DNA of 64,000 nt from positions 55,926,001-55,990,000 of the forward strand of contig NC_087437.1 of the NCBI RefSeq assembly GCF_036321535.1, in the 5' to 3' direction. The notes beneath the pieces are model-generated. The model did not search any database. It was given only the letters and a program-made list of their open reading frames with translations, and was not told the origin of the DNA. A program made the translations under genes and the position numbers. This document shows positions 36,001 to 48,000 of this stretch, one piece after another (positions within the stretch are counted from its first letter, which is position 1; every line of letters starts with the position of its first letter). The stretch is from Camelus dromedarius. Taxonomy: Eukaryota.

Positions 36001-39000
36001 CACTTTTAACAAAAAACCAACCGTCTACCCACTCACCAAAAGGACAAAAAATACAGACGGGAAAATAAATCCTGCGAGTCAGAAACAAAGACTGCCAGCC
36101 AACAAATGACTAGTAGCACACCAGACAGAGAAAAACATTAAAACAAAAATAAAAATATAGTCCAATAAGTTGTGGTTCCTGGGGCCTGAGCTGATGATGA
36201 CTTCAGCCAACTCTTAACCACAGCCCAAGGAGATTCAGTTAAACAACTTAATTCTTCTCTCATTCATGAAGTATGTGCCTGGCTCTGATCCTCCAGTTGC
36301 AATAGAGAGGAATCATCTAGGAAAATACTCCTTTGTGTCCACTGCTTATGGCTTGTGGCAAGAAGAAATATTTTGCCATAAATAACACAATGTCATACAA
36401 GTCATGACAGGAGTACGCTAACAAGCCTTTCTGTGAACACAGACCTTTACAGTTTAGAAAACTTTTCACTTTCATCCTCTCCAAAGAGTTGCTAGCCTCC
36501 TTTCACAGGTGAGGGTATAGAGCTCAGAGAGAAAGACTCTCTGGTTATCCATCCCTGTGGAGAGCATCAGACTAAGACAATCCTGGGAACTAAGCCTCCT
36601 GAGTCCTAGTTCAGAGTAGTTTCTGCTACACCCCCACGGACTCTGGGATTATTATCAAACAGGACCTTTGGAAAACGGGTGGTTGAAAGAAGAATGAGTA
36701 AGCGACAGATGGTTTAGTAAGTTGCCATGCATTTTCCATGGACCCGAGTCACTCTGGGGTGCAGGAGCTTTCGGTCACTCCCATTTTAATGCTTGGGAAC
36801 CATCCAGTATGAATACTACTAAATACTGGCAGGTAACCAGAGGAGACGATGATCTCTTTGTGGATGATGAGAGAAGCTGACATATATTCTACTCTGTGAA
36901 GCATGCATTCTTCTCGCCTCCTTGACGTCTGCTTTCAGCAGACTAAGATGTGAAGTGTTTTCTAGTCAGGAACTTTGCCTCTGTCTACCACTGTTCTTAA
37001 TTTAGACCCCATTTTGATCTCTAGAGACTACACAGAAGGCTTTCCAGTAGGGTCCCAGAGAGCATCCTAAGACCTGTTAGCCATTCAGCTGCAGAGATGA
37101 TAGACTTTGGTAACCAGTCAATCGCAACCTTTCTCCATCCTGTGTCGTCTCCTGTTCTACTCTTCCTATCAGTCTTCCTAGTCGGTTGCTGAACATCAAA
37201 TCTTCTGGTAGCCAGGGAGAAAAAGACTTTGAAATTTGGCAACTGTCCTAGAGTTTCCCAAACCCTTATAGCAAAGTGCTGGCTTCTTGGCACATACTTC
37301 CTGGGTGATTTCTCAGCTTAAAAAGCAACATGAACTCTGGCTGACCATGAAGCCCTCTGGCACTTGTAAAACAGCTTGGGCTTTGTGACTACAAACTGAG
37401 GTCCAGGTCAGATTAGATGAGCATATTATCCTGTTTACTGCCTCAAACTGACTTGGAAGCCGAGGAAGGAAAGGGCTGGAAATGTGAGAGCTGTAGAGAG
37501 CCAGAAGTTTTCAAATCAGCTAGAGGAATGTGCTGACGGCTCTCTTGTAGGGGAAAGAAGAACTGTACTTTTTCTCAATGCAGGTTCTTGAAAACCTCTT
37601 CTCATCTTGCAATTACTTAATCAGTAGGGGAGACATTTGGTATACATAGCCATTTCTATGTTCCATCATCAGGTGAAAAAGAGGAAATGAGGTTTGTGTT
37701 CAAAAGCTTGTTCTACCTATTAAAAGCTGTGAGACTTTGGACAAGTCATAAATCTTGGTGAGCCTCAGTTTTCTTGCCTGTGAAGTGGGGACACACTTCA
37801 TAGGAGATGCTTCCAGTATTAAAATGAATTGTGTATAAATTTGTTTGAAAAATTATAAAACATATAGAGATGATGATAGTTGTTAAGGATAACTACTGCT
37901 GTTAGAACTACACTTGCTAATAATTTATTATTACAACAATATTTGGCTCTGTTTAAAAGCTGCTTTTGGCAACACTCCACCTACGTCTCCAGTAATTTTG
38001 AGATTCTGTAAGCAGGCATCTAATGTTCTGCTGTCTCCATCTCTGTGCCTTTGTGGTGGTTGCTTTATCCACTCCGATGGCTCCCTCCACACTTCTGTCA
38101 ATCCAGTCTAAATTCTACTTGTTTCTCAAAGCCCTGATCAGATACATATGCCTCAAGGATCTCAGGTTAACTAATCCAATAACCTGAGCGACCTGTCTCT
38201 TCAAGTTCCCCCAATACACAGTCTATTCCATGTTCTCACACACGATGTGAGAGAAGTAAGCGATGTAACCTCTTCAAGCCTCAGGTACTCATCTGAGGAC
38301 AGCGATGATCGCAGAGTCCCTGCCTAGCTCACAGGATTCCTCTGAATGAATTGGAAGCACTTTTGTTGACAACCAAGGAAATTATATGGACATCTGAGAC
38401 AGTCTTGTTTTTAAGCCTTGCTTCCAGAATTTTGTGAACTGGAGTCATTTAGTTCTATTCCTTATTTTTCAGTGAAAATGGGTTCTGTCTTGTTCTGGGT
38501 AAGAACTCGTCAAGCCCCAGCCTCTTCATTTCCTCTTTCTAAGAGTAAAAGTGCAATGATACTTACCCTCTTTTAGGTCTCGGTCGATCTTGGGTGATGA
38601 CTTTTTCCCCATTGACAATCCATGAACTTCGGCCCCTTCCACATTCACTCCTGAAGGAACCCTGCACATTCAAAAAATAAAAAAGAGTTGAAATAATTTT
38701 CCATTCAAGAAAGATGTTCAAAGGCAAAGGACAGTCTATGACTTCATACTGATTATTTTCTTGTACATTTTCGAGATCAAATCAGACATCATTGCCTCCA
38801 TGAAGCTCTTCTCTGTTTCTTCAATGAGGGTGCTCCATTTCACTTCTCTAAATCTTCTCAGCAAGAAGTTATTATAGTTAATTGTATCCATAACATAACC
38901 CCCTTGAGATCAGACTTTGAGTACCAACAGCACAGGGAAGAATGATCATATACATGTTTATAATGCTGAGGGTCATATTAGGTGTCTGGAATATAGAGTG

Positions 39001-42000
39001 CCTCACTAAACAATGGTCGAATTGAAATAAATCATGTCCCAGTGCAGTGATTCTCAACTATTCCAGGAAAGAAGACACAAGTTTGTGTCAAACTTTGCAA
39101 ACATACACATAATAGCATGATGCCCCTTCCATGTATGCAAACTGAGCAAATCCAAATGTGTGCATACATCCTTGGATCTCTTTCAATAGTTTGAGGCCAC
39201 CCAGGCGTTGAGCCTTTGGAGCTTAGAGAAAGACCACAAGATTTTGAACAAGACCTAGGTTTGTCAGTCCTTCGTGGTGAGACACTTTTGAGTCTTTTGC
39301 CTTTGTCCGGGCCTCAGCTTCTGAATTTGAAAATGAATAGCCTGGACCTTGTGACCTCAAACAAGTAACCTCAACAGTCTGTGATTCCTTGAACTGCTCA
39401 GAATGTGTAGTTGATTTTTTATTTTTACTTATTTTTTTATTGAAGTATAGTCAATATACAATGTTGTGTCAATTTCTAGTGTACAGCATAATAGTTCAGT
39501 CATACATATACATCCATATATTTGCTTTCATATTCTTTTTCATTGTAGATTACTACAAGATAGTCAATATAGTTCCCTGTACTATGTAGTATAAACTTGT
39601 TTATCTATTTTATATATAGTAGTTAGTATCTGCAAATCTTGTAATTGACTTTTGACATCCATCATTTTAAAAAGTGAGTTTTCTTCATATCTGATTGAGT
39701 TCATGACACCTCATATTTTAGCTTGCAATAAAACTTTCTGAGCTTCATGCTTTCAAAGAAATTCAGTAAGAAAATTCAGCATTAAAAAGAGATCCAACTT
39801 TCTCTGATTTAAAATCACATAACATTTAGCCCTCAGAGATCACCTGATTCAACCTTTTGCTGTGAGGAAAAACATGAGACCCCCAGAGGAAGATAAATTA
39901 TTTAAGGACCCTCAGAAGTAAAGGGAAAATTGAGACCAGAATGCAGACTCCCAGCTCAGAACTAATCCCCAGTTCAGAGCCCTTTTAATCATATCCTTCT
40001 GACTATTTCACAGAGCTAAGTTCTCTATAGTAAGTATAACTCTAAGTATTTCATCTCATTAAAAATAAGCATTTTGTGTTCCGAATGGAGAACTTACCGA
40101 TTCTCATCCTGCCGTCCTCCGTATCGAGTCCAATAATTCTGTTTGAAATTGAAAAAAAAAAACCCTCAGTATTTTGTCACTAAAATGTCATGTACAGAAA
40201 TAAAATAAAATATATACTTAAAACACTCAAAAGACCTAAAATATTAGAAAACTTGCACGTTATACAAAGCTACAATATAGTATTTAAAATTTTAGTAAAA
40301 AGGAAGGCTAAGGTTGATGCAGCTTTGACAAAGACAAAATGACACACAAATGGACTGAAAAAAAAATAGCATGGAATTAGCCTGAGTATCCATTCTGTTG
40401 TCCAAGAAAGTGATTTAGAATTTAGAGGTGGGAAGACACTTAAAAGATCATTAAGTACAACTCCTTTATCTTTTATAAATAAGACAAACAAATAAAAAGT
40501 CCAGTTTGGTTAATCATCTGCACAGGATCATGAAGTGAGTAAGTGATTGTTGTCCTGGGGTCTCTGGGATAACGTAATTTTTAAAAAATACTAAAGCCAG
40601 ATATAAACATACTAGGAATTTTACACTAGAAATGTACATTAAAATTTTCCTGATTTTTTAAATGTGCCAATGAAAACACAACTAAGAAAGAAATTTTAAA
40701 AAGTGAAAAATAAGATATATTACAAATAGTGCTTTCTGTAAACATATTAACATGTACAGTATATAAAGAACTTACATAGCAACCAACAGATAAATGAACA
40801 AAATATATGTCCAGGTAATTCAAATGAGAGGAAAAACTGATAATAATTTGTGAAAAGTTTATTTTTGCTGGTCATCAAAGGAATATAAACTAAAATGACA
40901 ATGATGTACCATTTTGTACATAATATATTAGAAATATTAATGATTTTAAAAACGTTTAAAATGTTATTTCTCATTGCTGAGATATTTGTGGTCAACTGTA
41001 CCTTAAACTTTAAACTTTGCATTGCTAGGAATAATGAAGATACCAGAAAACTCTCTTAGAAAAACAATTTCAAAAATTTTAAAATTTCTTATATCCTTTG
41101 ATGGCAGAGTAATTCCACTCCTGGGAATGTATTCTATGGATATAGTTCAATAGGAAAGAAAAATGCTTAATGCATTCATTTTGGCATAAGAATCAAAACA
41201 AACCAAATGTTCAGCAGCAGGAGAATTAACTTATTTATTGTACATCAACTACATAGATGTAGCTAAAAGTAATTTTAAAAGCTGTAAAGATATAAAAAAT
41301 GGCCTATGCTATCTTAAAAGTCACAATAAAAATCCATTTATACTGTGTTACTGGTTCTACAAAAGGTATGTCTTCATATGAATAATATTTAAAAGGCAAC
41401 ATGGACAAGTGGAGAAAAGACAGCATGATGGGTGGTACAATTATGATCGATTTTATTCTTTTAAAGTCTTAATGCTTGAAATGTTGAAGAGAAAATACAA
41501 AATGTTGCATGCAGAAGTTAGGAAATAAAACAATCTTGAGGTAATTGCATCATGTACAAAATACTGCTTTCCTAGCAAAATATATTTGCTTTTTTTTTAA
41601 GTATAGTCAGTTACAATGTGTTAATTTCTGGCATACAGCATAATGTTTCAGTCATACATATATATATTCATTTTCATATTCTTTTTCATTATAGGTGACT
41701 ATAGGATACTAAAGGTAGTTCCCTGTGCTATACAGAAGATACTTGCTTTTGACTTGGGACCTCAGTGATGTGGAAAACTATTAAAGTCTTTTAAAATTCA
41801 TCACAAATATAGAATAAACACCTCCCTCCTCCCAGGTTTTATTAATGCGAGGCAGGGGATTAGAATCTTCAACAAATGGGGCTGGAAAATAAAATCAAAC
41901 TTAAGAAGTCCACTGAATAGTTCTTCCAGAGAACATCCCCTCTCTCCTCTCTGCTCTTACCGGCTCAGTGTATGAAAATCCAAGGCCCTCTGCCCCTGAT

Positions 42001-45000
42001 CGTATTAGTTCTGATTCCAGTTTATGACGCTTCACAAACATCGCCAAATCCTACAGAAAAAAAAAAGTATATTTAAATAACAATTGATATAATAAATGTT
42101 CAAGTGGAAAACATTTTTTCTTTAGACGTTAACAAATGTGCTAAAAAATATTCACAGCAGCAAAAAATGTCTCTGTCTCCATAGATTTTCACAAGCTAGC
42201 ACATACGTGAAAAAATACACTTCAGGTATTAATCATTAAAGCTGGAAAGAACTGAGTCCTAGAACCTTTACTAAATGGTTACATGTCTTTAAGAGAAGGG
42301 TTATATTTTTACCAGCTCTCCCCAGAGCTGCTAGCAGAACATGGGTCTCACCTCCCTGGCCTCAACAGACGCTGGGTCGGTGCCATCATCCAGCAGACTC
42401 TCATAGTAGTCCACGTTGTCCAGGACGTCCTCGTCGTCTGGATGGAGCAGAAGATAAGCCTTGGCACACTCCAAGGCCTTCACATATTCGCCCACTGAAA
42501 AACCAAGGAGCTGCCGCATTAGAGTCAGCCTCAGTGGGTCTCAGGAATTTTTAAGAGCTACTTCAACATGTCTACGAGAAGTCAGCATTAAATGATCAAT
42601 ATGAAGGGAACAGTTGAGTAGAGGAAGCAGAAATAGTTGCAGATGAAAGGAAGGACACAGTTTCAGGTATTCCAAAGCTACTCACATTGGTCTTCTACGC
42701 TGCTACATGTCTTCAATAAATTATCAAAAGCTTCCACCCGAAGATGTTTGTTGAAAATTGATATTATTTAATACAGAGCAGAATTTTTGGAGTTAATTCT
42801 GATTTTTGAGCTGAATTTGCAAATGTGATATCTAAGACCAATTTCTGCAAGCCAAATGCTATTAATTGCTTTTAAACGTAAGAAAAGATGCTCACTCTCT
42901 CCCTCTCTTTCTCAGTGAGATAAATGGAAATTAAAAATGTTATTGAAATACCAATTTCCACTTAATGGGTTAGGGAATATCTAAAAATTTGGTAGTATAT
43001 TCTGTTGATGAACAATGAAAATTGTACTCCATGTGGATAAAAAATTGGCAACATCTGTCAAAATTACAAATGAATAAACTATTTGATGCAGCAATTGTAC
43101 ATCTAGAAATTTACTCTGTAGGTATTTATGCACAATTGTAAATTACATACATAAAATACTATTCATCTGATCATTGATTGTAATAGTAAAATATTACAAA
43201 CAACACAATGCTTATCAGTAAGGAGACACTTGAAATAAATTACAGTATAATGATATGTAGATATAAAGAAAAATCAGGATGATATGAAGATGAAAAGAGA
43301 AATCTGTGTACTGAAACAATTAGATTGAACCATATAAAACTCCCAAAATTAGACCACTTTTGACCAAGTAAAAGGTAATTTCATAGGTCCAACCTACTAA
43401 AAAATCTGAAATGTGTTGTTAATTGAAGCAAACAATGTGGAGAACAGTGTAAAGAGGAGGAAACAGGTCAGAGTGTGTGTGTGTGTGTGTGTGTGTCTGT
43501 GTGTTGTTTCTCTATAAAATTTTGGAAGGGTAAATAAATCTCGGGTTGTAGGGCATAAAATTGAGTTGTGGGGAAAAGAAAGGGAAGCTTTTATGATATT
43601 TGGTCTTTGAAACTGTGAGTATATTATCTTTCAAAATTAAGTTGAAAATTAAATTTAAACATCCTATAAAATATCAGTGTTGTATAACTTTCAGGACATT
43701 GTCACAACATTGGCCCACTCGTGGCTCCACCTGTTGCTCTTTTTGTTCTGAGCTCTAGAGAGTGAGGTGAGAGAGAAAACGCACACACCCCCACGGCTTG
43801 ATCATAAACTCGGGAAGGCAGAGGACGAACTGATTAAGACAAGATGTCTGCTATGATGAGCCACCCCTCCCCACAAAGGTCTTCACGGATTATCCACGCT
43901 TTACCTCGATAGTAGGCAAACTGTAGGTAGTCATAATGCAGGGGAAGAAAGTTCTCGATGGGTGAGAGGCGGCCAGGGCGCGTGGCGAGTTCCCTCACGC
44001 ATTCATGCTGACAGACCAGCACCTGCATGTAGTGATCTGGAAGACAAGAGCTGAGAAGTGGGTCCCTCCAGGCCTCTCAAAGTCCAGACTTGAAAGTGAG
44101 AACCACGGTCACACAGGGCATTCCTCACCTCACCGTACATTGAGAGGCATGTCATTATCATCCTCACTTTGTAACCAGAAGTCCTTTTCACAAAAAAAGT
44201 GACTTGCCAAACCCCCCGTCCCAGTGATCACTAGATCAATGACTAGCGGATTCCAAATCTTCCGGCTGCTGGTCTTGCCTCCATATTGCACTGTACCCTT
44301 CTGTGTGTCCTTTTATCTACATCTCCTCAAAGTGACATCGGCCATCTCACCCCTGCCCAGCTGAGCAGATGACTTTCTTATTTAACAATAAGAAATTGGG
44401 GTCTCTCTTTGGCCTTTAGGTGGTCTGAAGTGTCCTGGAGTCAGGATCGGAAGGTCAGATCCAGGATATGTTAAGGACCAGGTGAGAGAAAGGATCTGCC
44501 TGTACTTGGGAAGTTCACACAGAGAAGTAAAGCCAGAACGCTCTTCTTCCCTGTTAACTTTTCAAGTAACTTTTCCTATAGGGGGAGTGAAAACAACATT
44601 CCTTTACATCTGTTAATCAAGAACCTCTTCTATCCAGTTACAAATTAGTCCATCACCTGGATGTTGTAAACCCTAATACTGTAGGCACCTGCAAAACAGA
44701 AGGATGAAAGCTGAAGAATTTGAAGACGCATTTTGCCTCTTTTCCTGTGGTCCCCTTTCTTTGTTTCCATTCTTGCACCTGCAAATGGGCAAGGATCTTG
44801 AAGTGTATGGGTTTTCACGTTCCCTTTAGCTCTGGGCTCTATCTTATCCGAACATGAGCTGAGGAAACACAAGTGGCTAATGTCCCAGGAAGAAAATCCT
44901 TCCTACATTTTGCCCCGACTCTGATTTTGACAATGAAGATGGAGGGAGTCTTTTCCGTTAAGAGAACAGTCCATTCATGCTTGTGCAGAGCGAGTTCCCT

Positions 45001-48000
45001 GGGGAATAGTGATAAAACCACCCGATTCATGACTGCACGGTCTAATTCACGACTGCTTCCTCTCAAAAGGCTCTCTGTTAGGCAGAGTTTGGCTTGTATC
45101 TGGATGACCTTGAAAAGGGACCTCAAAACACAACAGAAAGGAAATATATGTTCTCTGGTGTGTAGGAAAATGTGCCAGTTCTCTTAAATCCTGGCCGACT
45201 CAATCCAATACAGCACACCTAATAGGATCATGGTGGTCCACTGGTGGTTTTTTTTTTTGTTTGTTTTGTTTTGGTTTTTTTTTTGGTCATTAATTCCACT
45301 TGGAGGACATGAGGGGGAGAATAGTTCTGTTTCCTTGATTGGCATGTTAGAAATAAATAGTTAGCTGTTTTATTTCTTAAGAAGACAACAAACAAACCTC
45401 AACTGTTTTCTCCTGGTCTAGCTGGCCATTTGCTTTTCTCTTTACCTTTTAATTCCAAAAGACAAGCAAAAGGAAAAGGTGGGAAGCACACCCACCAAGA
45501 ATCCAAAATCTGAATGAAAGCATTTTTCAAAGCAAGACACAAACAGCAGTAAAGTAAGAGTGACAAAATGCTATCCTTTAAGGCTTCAGCAAGCACTCCT
45601 GGTGATAAATAACTACATTCAGAAGCCATTTGTGCTTGTCTCCAATTTGTAATGTTTCTATATCTCTTAAATCCACAAATTCTGGCTTTCTAAATGCATT
45701 CTGTATTTTCACAAGCCAGTTTTACTCCTAATTTAGGATAGTTTTGAGCCAGACAGGAATTTACATAGTTAGAGTTGTGATAGCCCATTTTTATTAGTCA
45801 TATTGCTTGCCTCTTTCCTGTATCAAATGTTACTGGGCAATTACTATGTTTTAATACATTTGAGATCCAAGACACTTATATAGGAATACTTTTAAAGATT
45901 TCTTTCTCATAGTAAATCAGATGTGCTTCAAATCCTCAAGAAGACTTAGAATATTTCTGTAATATATAATATTTGATTGAATTTGAGAGACTATAACTTT
46001 TTTTTAAGTCACTTTTCTTTATTGGAAGTGAGGGTAATGGTGCTGTGTTAAGTCTTAGGAGCCTGAGTTAGGAGACTTCTTTTCCAGCAACCAACAGCTG
46101 TGATGACCTCAGAAAAATCACTAAAGGTTAATCTGTGGGAATTTGTTGGTCAGTTTTCTCAAAGCAGATCTAGGACATTTGCCAAAGCTGTTCAGTGGCC
46201 AGGGGTAGAGGCAGGTGTAGCGATGGATGTGGGCACGGAGGCAGGGCACCTATCCTCAAAAACCACAAGATAGTAAACTGTAATCAAGCAAAAGCCTGCT
46301 CATTCCCAAATAAAAGCTTAAGTTAAAGAAATAGTCAGCAATTTAAATGTGAAGCACACATGAAACTGACGTTTCAATGAGCAGTGCTGACAAAAATGCA
46401 GGTAAATGGCTCTGGCAGAGGCCCAACAAAACAAAGCCTTTGGGGGCAAAGGTCCCCAATAATTCCAATATTTGTATTGATTTTAGGTGAACTGCGTCGA
46501 TTTGGGGTAGTTTAATGTGTTGCAAATAGGTCATTTGACAAACTGATAGATTCACAGTAGCCAAGATATGGAAGCACCTTAAGTGTCCATCCATGGACGG
46601 ATAAAGAAGATCTGGTGTGTATATACATATATGTCCGTTTTTCAATTGTGTAGACCTTCCAAGTATGGGCTCTAGAATGAGAAAACCCTAGGTTTGATGC
46701 CCAGCTTCACCTTAATCACGTTACTTAATTTTTCTGAGGTATAAATTCCTCACTTAAAAGGGGAGAAGAGGGTAAATAACCGTACTGTCTACCTACAAGG
46801 AACTGTTTTGAGGATTAAAATAAATATAACTATGTAAAATGCTCTGTGTACTGTAACTGCTAAATAAGTTTTTCTTATTCTTATTACCAATAAATAAGAA
46901 ATAAATTACCACTAGTAATAATAATTCACATACTCTGCTTAAAGATTAAAGTTACTATTTTCCCATAAACATTTTGCAAATTTTTCCACTTGCTATTATA
47001 AATCAACTTGATTTATAGCGGCTTTTATATTTATAAATCTTATGTAAAGTCTTTTTCTTCAAGTTTCTTGTCTGTTGTCGTGCTAAGAAGGGCTTTCCTA
47101 TTCTTACACAAATAGTCTCTTGCATTTTCTTCTAACAGTTCTATTTTTTACACATATTATTAACATAATAGAATTTGTGTATATTTTTTCATACGCAGCA
47201 GAGAACTCACTTCCCACCATAAGTGGTTAGCTAGCCAGTCTCCCCAATTAGTATACAGTGCACTTTACCTACTATTTTATTTTATTTCAGCATCTTTTTT
47301 GGGGGGAGGGGAGTAATTAGGTTTATTTGTTTATTTTCATATTTTATTTTATTATTTTTTTAATAGAGGGACTGGGGATTGAACCCAGGACCTGGTGCAT
47401 GCTAAACACACACTCTACCCCTGAGTTACACCCTCCTTGCTCCACCTACTATTTTAAATGCCACTTTGTAATATATTAAATTCCTATATATAATAATACA
47501 TTCATAAGTAATTGAAGAAGACTGTACAAAGCTATTCATTACTACATTGTTTATCGTAATGAAAAAATTATAACTTCCTTAATATTCATCTGTAAATTAT
47601 GACCAGACCTTAAAATGGAACGTTGTATTATACATAACGGAACATTGCGTTTTCCCCCATATAATGCAACATCATATGGCCATCAAATACAATAAGGTGG
47701 ATCCACATGTACTTACGTGAGAAGATGTCCTCAATATATTGTTAAGCATAAAACAAAAGCAAAGATAAGCTGAAAATCAGTAATTTATGTTATTGTCTTA
47801 TTTCTATAAAAGTAAAATAATACTTACAAATAAATACGTAAATATTTACAAATGTGTCTGAAAAAGTTTGGGAGCAGAGTCACCAGATTTAAACTAGGTA
47901 AAGTGATCTACCGGAGACAGGATGGGGTACATATATGAAAATCTTTTTACAATGTATACTTATTACAACATATACTTCCATATGGTTGAATAGTTTCACA

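Larger units (their letters stand above)
42890..43660 (+). mobile_element. Ancient L1M(E)-type fragment, interrupted by MADE2
   Basis: TTTGATGCAGCAATTGTACATCTAGAAATTTAC-type L1 motifs; boundaries approximate. Confidence 0.6.

Noticed and set aside
42352..44052. Combined use of the +14 and +16 upstream acceptors restoring the frame (30 nt)
   Set aside because: The shifted frame in exon 4 reaches a TGA (...AAT GCG TGA) before exon 5.
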